Origin: Phoronis australis
Lineage: Eukaryota > Animalia > Phoronida
Direction of reading: 5' to 3'
Assembly (NCBI GenBank): GCA_002633005.1
Contig: NMRA01000056.1
Coordinates: 715,015-779,014, forward strand
Length of the DNA: 64,000 nucleotides
Positions 51,471 through 64,000 of this stretch are shown here, piece by piece; position 1 is the first letter of the stretch; each line of letters begins with the position of its first letter. Below the pieces are notes generated by a model. The model saw only the letters and a program-made list of their open reading frames with translations, made no database searches and had not been told where the DNA came from. Both the position numbers and the translations under genes were made by a program.

Positions 51471-52929
51471 TTCTTGGATGAAACTATCCTTTTGGGTTTA
51501 GGAATTTGTTACCGTAGTTTCCACAAAATGAACAACGCTATGTTTGCCAACAACAAACTTCTCTATTACAGTCCATAGATGCAAGACACTCGCGAATAAA
51601 GCTTGTGTGATCTCAGGAGAAACTCACTCTACAAAAGCACCAGCCATTTGTGGGATTAAATCATTCCACTGCTCAAACTAACTTAGTTCTTCCAGCATAT
51701 ATTTCAGTCAACAACAATTTTACAAACAACAGTGCAGCCAACAAGGTGTGTGACTCGTCAGTATCCCCAAGATTGGCTGGTCTTAACAACAGGGCAAAGC
51801 TTAATGTAGACACGATCTCATAGTGCATTACATTGCAATTCAGTTACAGGTTTGTAGAACCCTAACAAGAAGTGTTTTTAGCCAATATATCTCCAAACCT
51901 ACAGATTTTAATTCAGTAAAAGTATACTTTCAGCAGGAGGCCTGTAGAATTTCAGGTTTTACTTTATACAAATCTGCTGTTAATTGGGTCATGTGACCAT
52001 GTCTTTTTAGTTAAATTGAGCAAAAAAATTAGTATTCGTCCATAGGAAAACAAAGTTATCAATATCCAAATTTCATTTGAGCTATTAAATATCCCAAGAC
52101 GAAATATGCCAAAAACGGCATTTGGGTTTATCCTTTGGTTTCATGCAACTTTTTAAGTTTTTTTCATAAAAAAATTTTAAGTCCTATTTGTTGATATCCC
52201 ATCTCGCAAATGTGCAATATTTTAAAAGCAATTCACAACAGTGATTTGGAGAGCACATCAAAAAGCAGACGTGAACCTGAAAGTTTCATACGAATCCAAT
52301 CGACCAATTCTGAGACGAGATGTTCTGAAGTTCGTCAAATTTGGTCATTTTTCAAGGGTCCTAAATAACTTAACAAAAGTACAGGCTTCTGATAAATGCA
52401 TACCGGTGAACTTGACATTTATACACAACATTCAATACTCCAACCCAGTCTTCCCTTTTGCAGATGCTGCTATTACTGAGAATTTCTCATATGTAAGCTC
52501 CAGGGTACCTGAAAATTTCTTGCCTCATCTATATTATGATTATCCAAATAGCCGAGAAAATGATGCACGTTGGTTCCAAATCTCAAAGCTGCATTTCGCC
52601 CCATTTTGCTGGCTAAAAATTGAATTGGACCTTTTATTCTCGCAGAACCACAAATATTTCTTACCATGATGTGATTCTATTTTAGTTACCGACAAGAACG
52701 TCAAAATCATCAGCAATTGGTTTTGGGACAACCTTAAAATTAAGAATTCAAAAATGGCGCACATACAAATTGCTGCCACTTGTGTTATAAATGGAATCCT
52801 ATCACGAGAAGAAACATGAGACTGACTTGTGAGAGTATAAGGCCCATTTTTTTCATTTTTTCAGCCAGCTAAATGCCGAAATGCTACTTTAATTGAAAAT
52901 ACATGATTGCAAAAGAGCATTTAAAACAA

Positions 52930-53345
52930 CTGGCAGCCTGTAAACATGAACTGACATTCTGAGATCAAGAGCGTTTCTAGAAATTTATGAAAAGCGACAG
53001 AGTTACACCTGGTGTACTTTTGTACCACCTCCTTTGGCATAACGGTGTTAACCTGTTGCTGTACAGCAGGAATTTGCCCAACATTTGTAAGATTACGCTT
53101 GTTTTTCACACACAAGGCTATAGGGACGATCATGCAAAAACACACTTTTCTGCTAAGTTTGAAAATCTGCTTGCGGTCTATTGTTCCCAAAACATTTATT
53201 GTGGCTGTTGTTTGCTCTCTCTTTGAGACCCTACATATCGGAGAGTTAACACCTTTGTCAATTTCATCGCAACCATCAGGTTCCCAGTGCTCTCAAGTAG
53301 CAGGGACATAAATATTACCATCAACACCGCATGATCATATAGATT
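52930..53345 (-). mobile_element. Possible decayed LINE RT N-terminal relic downstream of OGFOD1
   Basis: SCGVDG..EH, IVPI...KNKRNLTNV and KFLETLL in collinear order, resembling K.CG.DG / IVP..KNK.GD..D..NYR / SKLLE motifs; frameshifted. Confidence 0.4.
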
Positions 53346-54121
53346 TTTTGTGAAATCCTACAAACCATGGACAAATATTATTATCAGAAATTTTACCATT
53401 ATGTCACTATTCATACTCTTCATCGTTTTTAAACTGTAGTACCTTACCACTCAGACTCTTGGTGACTGGGATTCTCACAGAGGAGAGCAAATGCCAGGTT
53501 AATTTGCCACGTAATCTTGACAATATCTTATTCACTGTTACCGGCAGTTTTTTCTTCACTGTCGCACACACATGCAGACATCACATGTGAAATACGACTT
53601 AGGGTTTCTTGAAAATGTTTGCACTAACATCCAAGGCTTTTAGCAAGAACCTGGAACTTTACAGCAACACAGTTATTGCCTGTTAAAAAAACCCTGAAAA
53701 CCAAATTAGATCTGGCACTGTCATAAAATCGGTCCCTTTAATATTTCTTAATACGATAGGACACTGTTTCCATTACAAACTCCAGTCAAATGCAATGCAT
53801 GCATCTACCATTTTCAAATTCCCAAGATTAGAGTTGGTCAACCCCAATAACAGCAGTGTTTTCTTAAGTCGCTGTTTCTTGATTTTCTTTTTGGTAATGG
53901 AAACAAGATCCTATCGTGGAAAGGAATGTTATGAGACTGATTTTGTGAGAGTAACATGTCTAATTCGACATTCGTTTTTAGCTACGTAAACAATATCAAA
54001 TGCAGCTTTAATGAAGTTACCCTCCTGGAGCAAGAATACGAGTGTCTCTCTGACATCAATGAAGCAGTCATTCAAGCAGATCTACAATAGCTTCACAATA
54101 ATATTACATCCTCAGACTACG

Positions 54122-57100
54122 TCATGACTGTGAAGACGTGTTAGATTCGTGGTAAACCAGAGACACATTGTGCAGCGACTGGTCTTTACAGTTCTCACGA
54201 TATTGATGATTGATATGTTTCACAAACTGAAGTGTGTCTTTGTCCCGGTACACCAGTGATAACGAGTTCTCTACTGGGTTCACTGTCAACAGCTGTGAAA
54301 AGGAAGGGATGTTCTTGTTAACTCTATTTTATTTGCTAATTAAAACCGACACACACTTGAAAAAGCTACAAGTCCTTTGTCAAAGTGAGTAACTTATGGC
54401 CATAAAACTGATAGTTTGTTATGGCTGGAGACAAAGCATTCGAAATGACCCACCACAACAAGGCAACTTGGCAGGCACTGGTCTCAAGCAATAACGAACT
54501 GTCACTTCTTTGCAACATCCAAATCTCATCTACTGTGACTAAGGAGTAATTTAGGACCAATTTCATAATGGTTCGTGGACTATGGTAGAAATTCTTCAGT
54601 TTGGCACACAATATGGTGGAGAGATGAAATTTCATTTTGTCAAATTTTTCAACAAAAATAACCTTCAGGAAAATTTGCTTTGCTCTATAGCATTGTTTGT
54701 ATGGTAAAACTTTAAGCATTTGCAACAATGCATCTGAAAAATAGAAATATGACAATTTCAGCAATTATTCTTGTCAAAAATTGAAGAATGTTTACTGTAA
54801 ATCAAAAGTTAGCTTAGTGACAAACAACGGGTTTATAATCAACATAAATATTTACAAAGTCAACATCTCATGTTATGGTCCAATTGAAGAGAACAGCGAA
54901 ATGAAAACCTATTACAACAAATTCTTAACACAACTGGTCATTTTTTGAAATGAATGCTCCCTGTTTACAAACCTCCTCATCTTCATCCCGGGCCACGTAA
55001 CATGTATAGCCTCCATACTCTGGCGACCAATCTGACAGAAAAGCAAATTCAACAAACATCAATAAGCACAGCTGAGTACTCTCGAAACATCACCAGGTAC
55101 AGCAATCATCAGTATAATTCTGCAGAACTACACGCTAAACACGATCGTATGAAATCCTTTCCCTTCCACAAGACTCCTTACCACACACAGTACTTGCCGC
55201 ATTTACATTTTAGTACATTTACCCATTAGAGACAATCCAAGTCTGTACAGTAAAAATTTCACTGATACGAAACACAAATTTTATGTAAACATGGACAACA
55301 GCGAAAGTTTTACACGAAACAATAAAAGTAATGTACAGCTCAAACTAATGTATACATGAGAGTTATAGAGCAGGAGACCTCACTCAATAGTCTAGCAGAG
55401 TGGTCTAGTAGAATCAGAACCCATGATCATTATATTGGGAAGTGGCAACTCTACCACTCCATTCTGATGGTGAATTCAGCTTGCACTCATTCTGACAGCA
55501 CGACCTCCACATGTGGTCAGTCATTACGACAACGAATTTCACTTGCGGTCAGTCATCATGATGTGTAATGTCACTTGTGGTCAGTCGTCATGACGGGGGC
55601 ACTCAGGTGTCATGACGGGGGGAACTCAGGTATCAAGAAGAGGAATTCCGGGTCATTTTTTCCAGATTGTTTTTGGCACAAATTCAGGCACAATAAATTC
55701 AGACAACTTGTACTTAAAAAAACTGACCTCAAAATATTCATCATTCAGATTAGACTGAAATGAATTATGGACATGGAAAGAATTGCCTGTTAAATATTAC
55801 TTGCTAAAGTGGCTTGGCCCAACAGGCAATTTTATGTGCCGAACATAGCCTCAATAATAAAATGTTCTTCCCAAGTCCTGAAATTACTTCAATCAGAATA
55901 AGGAAGACATTGAAAACAGCTTATAGTCACGGTAAACGTCTTCATCAATTGTGGTGGTGAAAAGTGGCCCTTCGCAGTTAGCCAACCACTTACCAGAACA
56001 GTTGAAGAAGTAGTTGACATCCAATGCAAACTCGGCTCGCTCCAGATCATGGACGAGTGTATATGAGCCGTGTGATAACTGGCGCACCTCACAACTGCAG
56101 CACGGCTGTTTATCTGGAAAAAAGGCTCTCATTAATACCCAAAACCACTACTTTGGAGGCATTGTTTAATACATTTGGAAGGCGTCTGTAAAAAAATGGC
56201 ATCACTGTGAACACGATAGCTCTTCCCAACAATTGTGCTTTACTCAATTAGAATCAATGTGGTAAAACTTACAATACAATAGGGTTATGAAACAAGAGTG
56301 TCACGTAACATCAATTGAAAATATCAAAAGATGGATAGTATCTTAGTAACATAAAATTAATATTGATTTCGAAAACAGCTCAACTGGATGTGAAGATGCC
56401 AACTTTCCAATGGCAAAGGAGACCACAACATGCATAAAGCTTTTGAAATAATGAGACATTGCCATGCAGGAAATGGTTCACTCTGAAGCAGCAGCTGTTC
56501 TTACTCTCATCATCCGCTCCACTTGTGCTGGTACCAGGCTCTGTCATATCTTTTCGTTTCAACTCCAGCCCACTAATGTTAGACAGGACGTCAAACAATG
56601 CTTGGGAGCGAAACAAGGCTACCAACTGTTGCAGTACCTGAGGCAACGAATCCATTAAAAGCAGGTGATAATTCCTAAAAAAATATATAGACATATATAT
56701 CGTTATACCATGTAAGAAAGTGCGGGTCGGCTATTGAGGTAGTCCGTCAGAAAAGATAGAAAGAGCGAGGTTGCATCTCACCAGCCTGTTGTGACAACTA
56801 AAGTGGTGCATATAGAACACGAGCCAAGACTGAGTACACGCTGAATATGAATGAAACTGGCAACGACATACATGGGCAACAATATATAACGATCAACCAA
56901 TCAAGTGTGAGTTATAAATAAGGGCATCGCAAAACTGACGACAGTTCTAGGAACGGGAAGTATTACTAACCATTGCCTCCAAGAAACTGAACTAAACCAC
57001 AACTCACAGTTAGGTAACAGAATGACAAATTCACTGGTAAACACACAACTAACAGTGACAACCGAGAGAAGAAACTTTTTTTATTACATTACAAGCTTCT

Positions 57101-60100
57101 TTATTCATAAAGCTCTGCATATTGTTGGGATGATCAATTGACTGACATGACTTTAACTAGGCTATACAACGCATAAACGAGCAAAGCAAACTTATTGTGT
57201 GGCAACATAGCAAACTGTGCAAGCAGAGCAATCTTAAATAATTATGTGAGTTCCCAAACAATAGAAGCTGGTTATAAAAATTTAAACAATACGGTAAATA
57301 CCGTAAATTTGCAATTCAGATGGCACTGAACATGAATTGTTCAGAGTTGCGACATGAATAGAAAATTGTGATTTCGTTCAACATTTAAGATATTTATATC
57401 CTCTAATAAACTAATATTAACAAATACTTTTGCTATGTAAATCTTTGAAAGAAGCCATGTTCTCTCAGCATGTACATTCATATGCATACCGACCTGCATG
57501 CCTAAATTTACCTACAGATTATCATGACATGGGCCAGGAACAAATCAGAATTTAGGAGTTACCCCAGCCAGTTTGTTGACTATGAAAATGAAAAACAACC
57601 AATAGAAATACAACATGGCTGTGAATATGAATGACAAAATGCAAAACAGCTAATGAGAATACTGCAATGGCTTTAAAAATTCAAAACAGCCAATTGAAAT
57701 GCAGCAATGTTGTGAATACCTTTTATTTGGTGGTCCCGTTTGTTGCACCTTAATAGTACCATCAGTTATGGCTGACATCAGCAAAGCGTGTTTGTCTTCC
57801 TGGAACATGGATTAACTTTTAAGAACTTAATGATCCCAAACATTTTCAAGGGTGGTCTGCACGCCACCTGATGGCCACGTCACGTGACCTAAGGAGTTGA
57901 AGTCTGATCTGTGATCTATATTTCTACGCCGGTTCAAGATTTCCGTATTTTAAGAATTTGGTTAACAAAGACTTCAAAATAGGACAAAATCTGAGGAATG
58001 TTGGTTTTCAATATCGATTAACGAAAATAACACCAAAAACCTACAGTACAAGAGAAAAGTAATCAGAGAAAATACTGTTTTTCTTGTCATGGTGGCTAAT
58101 TCTGTTCGCACAAATGATTGGTAATAACTATTAAGGCAGCAAAATTAAAATTACCTTACTAACTTTCCTATCAATTCTCCTCCATGCACAGTCATGAGGG
58201 AGGATTTACCATGACCATAAATTCGGCTTCCGCTCAGCCATAACAATGGGAAATTCTGGGTAATTTTGTCTAATAAATACTTTTGACTGTCAAAACTGCA
58301 CTTCATACTGTTAAGGTGTTCGAAGAAAAATCAAAATTAGATTACAAAATTAATTCAGTCTTGAACTTTTTCAAACCATAATTTCATAATAGACACATAT
58401 ATTTCTGCATGAAAGCAGTAACAGGAAAGGAGATTCAGCTTCAATTTATGAAAAAAGTTTAACATTCTTTGCGCAGTATATGATACATGGAAACAGAACA
58501 GCCCTACCAACCTTAAGAAAGTCCCTCAGCTGAATCTCTGAATCTTCCTCAAACTTTTCTTGAATCTGCGAATGTGTGTCGACGAAAAGATAGACCTCGT
58601 TAATCCAGTCTTCAATGGCACCCTGGAAAAACAAGATGAGCCAAATTTTACCGACAGATATCAAGAGTCAAGTCGCTCTCAAGGACATACCTGCTTAACA
58701 ATGACATAAAGGAGGTCTTTTTAATAATATCGTAAAGTGATCAAATTCAAAATTTATTTTTGATGACCAAATGTAGTTTTATAGCACTGCTTTAGCAGAA
58801 CAGTTACTGAAAGATCACCCAGAGGTTCTTATGGACATGTGTATAGTCCTGTAGTGATTTTGCACCCAAAAACTTCCAAGGAAAAGATTGGTGGCTCTTT
58901 CAGAAATTTGTATTGCTGACTGCAGCAACCTGATCAGTGATGGACTTGAAATACCAGCTTGTAGTGTGCACATTTACACTATAAATATACGTATCCACCA
59001 ACTGAAGGGAAAACAGCCAAAGATAACACAATCTTTTCACAGGAAGCCATCTTGTATTCTGAATCTTACTACTGACGACATCTATTGACAACCAGTGATA
59101 CAAATTGCGAGGACAAGACTGTTATCGATACAGTACACTGCACAACTAGGATTCACTTTGTCGGCAGTTTAGACACTAAAAGAGAAATCCTCCGACACCT
59201 TCATTAACACGTGATCATCTCAGCATAAATCATTCTAATGGTCGAAAGATAAAAATTGAGAAAATAATGACACTATGCCTACATTTTCTATATAAAGTGC
59301 TCCATGTTTTGGCATGCAACATGATCACAAGCCTTGATTCCAAAAGAGCCCACAGGGGGGCCACCTTCTTGGTGGTAGTTATATCCAGGAGTCACCAATT
59401 CTGAGATTGAAGTTGGTTTAACACGTTATTACCTCAAATATATCGGCACACAGTCGCTGCCTGGGTGGTTCAACATAGGGCGTCGGTCTGGCTATGTCAG
59501 TGCCATGGAACCATCCATTGATTGACAGTCTGGTCTTAGTCTTTGACAACACTTCTGCCACCTAGGACAAGACTGACTTAGAATAAATATAACAGCTGTA
59601 TCCGCAAATCAAAGAAAGATTTTGAAGCTAGGCAATGTAACGAAAACTGGAAATTCAATTTTATTTTCAAGTATCCTAAAATGTGAAATCTTAATTCAGT
59701 GACTGTCAGAAATAAACAAGCACGAAATAAGATGAAAAAATTGATAGGTTAAATTAATTTAATAAGGCAATGAAATCACTAAATTCAAAATCATTAAAAA
59801 CTAGAAAATCTCGATATAGCAATTCCGGGACTACACGACTGAATTCTTAACAGACCAAGAAAGCTTCAAAAACATAGTAACAAACGCAGGAATCAACATC
59901 ATATCGTTGAGTTTCAAATCCTCGCATCACAAATTGCCCCGTCCGAAATGTTCAACTCGTTTCCCTTCCACAAAACGCGAATAAAATTTTTGAAAAGTTA
60001 CATTGAGCTAAAGCAAAAAAATGAACAGTACAGTTAGCACGAGAAATCATTGGCACGGTGACAGCAGAATTTTTACTTACTTGATGGTAGGATACAGGAG

Positions 60101-62882
60101 ATACTTCAAAGAAGGCAAGCTTGTTCCAGCATGGAAAGATGGACTCCACAACTTGAGACGGCTGGCCATGAACTGTGATGAGTGAACAGTTTCATTAAAA
60201 CAAGACATAGACAATTGATTAATATGCAACGCCTCTTCCATACTAGTTCATGCGCTATAATCAGGGCTTGGAATGACCCATGACAAAAAAAGCGGAAATT
60301 TTTACAGCCCGAAACATGCGCGCACTCAGCCTTGAACATGGGGTCAGATGGACCTTTCACTGACAAAACATCGCGACGACTAAAAAAAGGGACCTCCTCC
60401 AGGAACGTGCGTCAGTGTCTTATTAGCTCGTCCATCCACTGTCTACTCCCGCCTCCACACATTTTTGGCTGCAGAGTCATAGTATTTGTCACAGACTGCG
60501 ATTTACAATCTCACGAGACGCCATTGAGGAAAACCGCACTATCCCAGGTGCCCCAGCAATGACAATTTACATTCCTCCAAAACATAAAGAGCAACTTCTG
60601 CTTTTCGAGGTGAAAGTCAGCAACGCTGCGGTAAGAAAGAAATTTGCTGCCGAAATTTTATATCAAATCCGATTTTTTTTACACGGAAATATAATAAAAT
60701 ACGCGGTCAGAACATTTGAAAAAAGCGAAAATCCGCGTTTCCGCGGAAAATTCCAAGCCCTGTATAATAAAGAAAAAAGAAATTTCCATAAAAAAGTAAG
60801 ATATCTTAACTAATACATGCGACATACACTAGAAACTTAATTATCTAATATTTTGTAGTTCTCAGCCAAAACAGATATGCATCTGTTAAAAATTGACACG
60901 TCTCTCTTGCTTGTTAACATACCATCCACCCCAAAAAGGTCCAGCGCTCCTCCATCTTCTTGAGTCCAGGGAGGGACCAGATACAATATGAAGGCTATCC
61001 GACGGCCAGACAGTTCATCGTCATGACATAACAAGGTGTCTACAAAGACAAATGATAAGATACAGAAGTTTGAATGTATTGGGATCAAGATTTTACGGCA
61101 GACCAAGAAATTTCATCAAACCAACACATGATCGCAAATTGCCATTTTAGTCATTTGAAAAATGTATTTTTCAGATCAGCTACTCAACAATGCAACAAAC
61201 GAGTCACGCCATTCAAACACCAAGTACAGTGAAAGTAACTGTCAGACACGTAATCACTAACATTTCACTTCAATCATGGAATTTGTTCTGTCCACATACC
61301 TGTGTATTCGTACTTTGAGCAGGTAAGGTCCACCTTGTCATTCAGCTCTATGCCCGTGATGGCACTCATCCATGTTCGCACATCTTCAGCGAAGAACTTC
61401 CTTCAACAACACAGGGCATTACAGTCACTTGACGAGTGAACTTGAAGTGTGTCACCAATAAGAATGGGAATAATTAACACAAGCTTTTTAATGACATAAA
61501 AGACATACTAGTATTGACACACTAGTATAGGTATGATAGATAAATTAGAATGGAGCAATTTCAACAGCAATGACTATTGCATATTGAAATCAGTACAAAC
61601 AAATGACCAAGATTAGCCTCACACTGTTCTTGATACTCATGAAAGTATTATGTAAAAATGAGTAAAAAACTTCAAAATAGAATAAAAACAATACCAATGA
61701 GGCTCTCCAAAGAAAAAATTGCTACTTGCTATTCAAAAGGTCACACCAGTTTCGTATTTCAAGAAATCCAAAAAAAATAATTCCATAGGCACTCAAATGT
61801 TGAAACATAACATTTTAACTGGCAGGCTTGTTTTAGTATCTGGGTGTACAATTAGTGGGACAATTGAGAAATAATGTTAATTTTACAAATGAAATATAAA
61901 TTACCAGTATTGCAAATATTGCTAAATGTAGCTTTAAGAATTTGAACTACCATACTTATGTATGTGGTAAGGCGCTGTGCCCAAGAAAAAGTGAGACCTT
62001 GGCTAAAATTAACGTAGGCAAGCATTTTTTAAGTTTTTATTTTATCTAGTGAGCACAGCTCTCAAAATGAGTTGGGGATACAGACCAGAATCAACTATGC
62101 TTTCATTTTTTGGCCTTACCTAAGTCCTTTAATATGACCAGTCCTCAGGTTCACAAGATCTTCACTCTGCAAAAGAAGAGAAAACAAAATGAAACACTGA
62201 AAATAATGACTAGAAGAGAAACACTCCTGCCATTTTAAAGTGCAAATTTGTCCCTCTCAAACTTCATTTTGGTAGCTGGTTTACTTGACAAAAATAAAAT
62301 TGAAAAAAGAGACTGAAAGTACATGGAACCGAAAAGTTAGAGTATTAAAAAGTAATCGTCTCCTCTTACTTTTTCAAGTAACTATAAAACATTTAGTTTA
62401 TGGCACGATGCATTTAAGAAAAAAAGAACTCAACAAACTGTGCAGTGACTTAGATAACTAGAAGTATTCATATTGATATTGATATTGACATTGAATACAA
62501 TAGAGAGGAACTGGTGTGGGGCATGCGCATTGAGATTTGCACATTCGCTATTAAAGATTGCATTTCGACCCTGTCAACTCCGCTTGCCTTGTACACCAGA
62601 ATTTGGGTCAAGCTCTCGTGCTTTCACACATGTGCCAAATACTTGCTATTAGACCATCAGTTTTCAGCTCCCTACTTATGGTCAGTTTGTGCCCGGCAAA
62701 CATTGCATGGCTAAACTACAGCTTCTGGCCTACCTGTTGAAACTTGTAAAGGTCGTTGTTCTTTTCATGAAAGACAATATCTTGTAGTTCTTTGTCCAGC
62801 TCTTGTAGGAAATGGGGTTCTGCTATGAAGTCCGACAATGAGCAGCAACTGAAGGGATAAGGATAAACCACCGCTCCATTTC
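54122..62882 (-). CDS. OGFOD1: Prolyl 3-hydroxylase OGFOD1 (Tpa1/Ofd1/Sudestada1 family), 5'-incomplete, 12 exons found
   Basis: Exons 62882-62734 ([11 protein letters not shown]...[13 protein letters not shown]), 62166-62120, 61400-61300, 61039-60923 ([25 protein letters not shown]...GGALDLF), 60172-60081 ([16 protein letters not shown]), 59561-59433 ([20 protein letters not shown]), 58622-58512, 57799-57720, 56674-56505, 56113-55994, 55031-54973 ([19 protein letters not shown]), 54292-54122 ([17 protein letters not shown]...*). HxD...H iron triad and the 2OG-binding Arg (RLSI) are intact. All introns GT-AG with consistent phases. The start exon was not found in the window. Confidence 0.96.
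60262..60762. mobile_element. hAT-like (hAT6-type) MITE, 501 bp, 6-bp TSD, in an OGFOD1 intron
   Basis: TIR cagggcttggaa / ttccaagccctg; TATAAT on both flanks; gcggaaa subterminal motifs. Confidence 0.8.
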
Positions 62883-63876
62883 CTACAGAGAGAGATACTT
62901 TTTAAATATTCAACATAGTGCAATTCAAAACTGTAACCATGTTCAGTCAGTCAGTGAATTCACTTCAATTTGTATATGGTAAAGTATAATAGCAATTTTG
63001 GACAAAAAATGACTGCAAAAATGTCACGTTCTTCATTTCTCAATGGCTTCTAACGTTGCTGTGAATGGTCAGACTGTTTCAAAATATTGTCTGTAGGTGT
63101 CTCTGGTACAGAACATGAAGATGCCACAGCATGTTTTTTTGGTACTATACATTATTTACGAAAAAATGAGAAAATTCACACCTCTGACATATTGGGACCT
63201 AATCTAGTGAGATTTTACTACACTATTAAAGATTCTTTTGTCCCGTTGACATGAACTTCCAGAACCTGCTAAGGTACGCAATGTTTCAGCGAAAACAGTG
63301 CCATCCCTGCCAAAGGTACCCAATCATCCAAGCCTTTACCCCAAACAGGTGGCGCTTTGCACCACTCACGTGGTTTGTCGCTGTCTCGAGGTATATCCCG
63401 TCACAACAAACCTGTTCTCACCAAACCATATAATACCCAAGTCAAGTCAAAATGTACACTGTGGTTCATTGTGTCCACTCGACGAATTTTCCTGATAACC
63501 TGATATAAGGAGAACGTAAGGAATTAGTGTATTTGCCAGGGGTTCACTCATATTGACAAGGTGTCTGCAGGCGTGCACCAATAATTTGCCGGTAGGCGGT
63601 ACTTTTTCAAGACAATTTTTTTGGAACACGTGCCGAGGTCCAGTAGGCTCCTAAATTTCCATTTCGTCCCCGCTAAGTAGTAACGGCCCACTGCACTGGG
63701 CTCAACCCCAAATGGTGCACTGACCGACTTCCTACAAAAAAATCTACCCCACAAAAATGTGACTTAGCAGAACTGGCACCATCAATAAGGGTGTCAGTCT
63801 CTCGGCAACTTTTCACAATTTATCATACTAGGAAAATACTATGTTTTAATGAACACTAACATCTAAATCACACTAC

Positions 63877-64000
63877 ACGGGCAGCGCAGCACTGAAAAAA
63901 GTGGGGGGGGGCTATGGCCCCCAGCCACCTGTGGTGCACCGCCATAGACCACGGGCAGCGCAGCACTGAAAAAAGGTGGGGGCTACAACCCCCCCCCCCC
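63877..64000. mobile_element. Second copy of the dimeric mini-MITE (runs off the window)
   Basis: acgggcagcgcagcactgaaaaaag repeated twice, matching 27814-27948. Confidence 0.65.

Noticed and set aside
52241-52669. 142-aa ORF (and the 132-aa ORF at 54366-54764)
   Set aside because: Both overlap dispersed non-coding repeats and show no recognisable domain.
56114-56185. Alternative OGFOD1 acceptor at 56186
   Set aside because: Gives an in-frame TAA in the required phase; the acceptor at 56114 keeps the frame.

Overview
AT-rich, intron-rich animal genomic DNA, probably an invertebrate (inference), from a draft assembly with N at 8048, 13762-13770 and 48764. I reconstructed three spliced genes by hand. 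(1) A complete 8-exon minus-strand gene (34830-45001) encodes a 248-aa protein with three TPR motifs, an intact carboxylate clamp, two C-terminal transmembrane helices and a basic tail. (2) ASF1 histone chaperone is on the plus strand (ATG 45308), head-to-head with the TPR gene across a 306-bp gap. Its last exon appears twice (48418-48636 and 49759-49977) either side of a single N, and the two copies differ by an 814-bp Harbinger-type MITE. (3) OGFOD1 is on the minus strand (54122-62882, 12 exons found, first exon not found) and converges on ASF1. The left ~29 kb has no recognisable intact gene but holds an inverted, frameshifted DNA-level relic of ASF1 exon 3 plus intron 3. The rest is dense with mobile elements: Helentron/DINE-type elements carrying CTCF-like motif arrays, a THAP-bearing Kolobok-like element in ASF1 intron 1, hAT-like MITEs with 5- and 6-bp TSDs, a Tc2/pogo-like MITE, a Penelope fragment with an inverted pLTR and hammerhead-like core, and decayed LINE relics. 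The strongest candidate for under-described biology is the membrane-anchored clamp-TPR protein sharing a promoter with ASF1.
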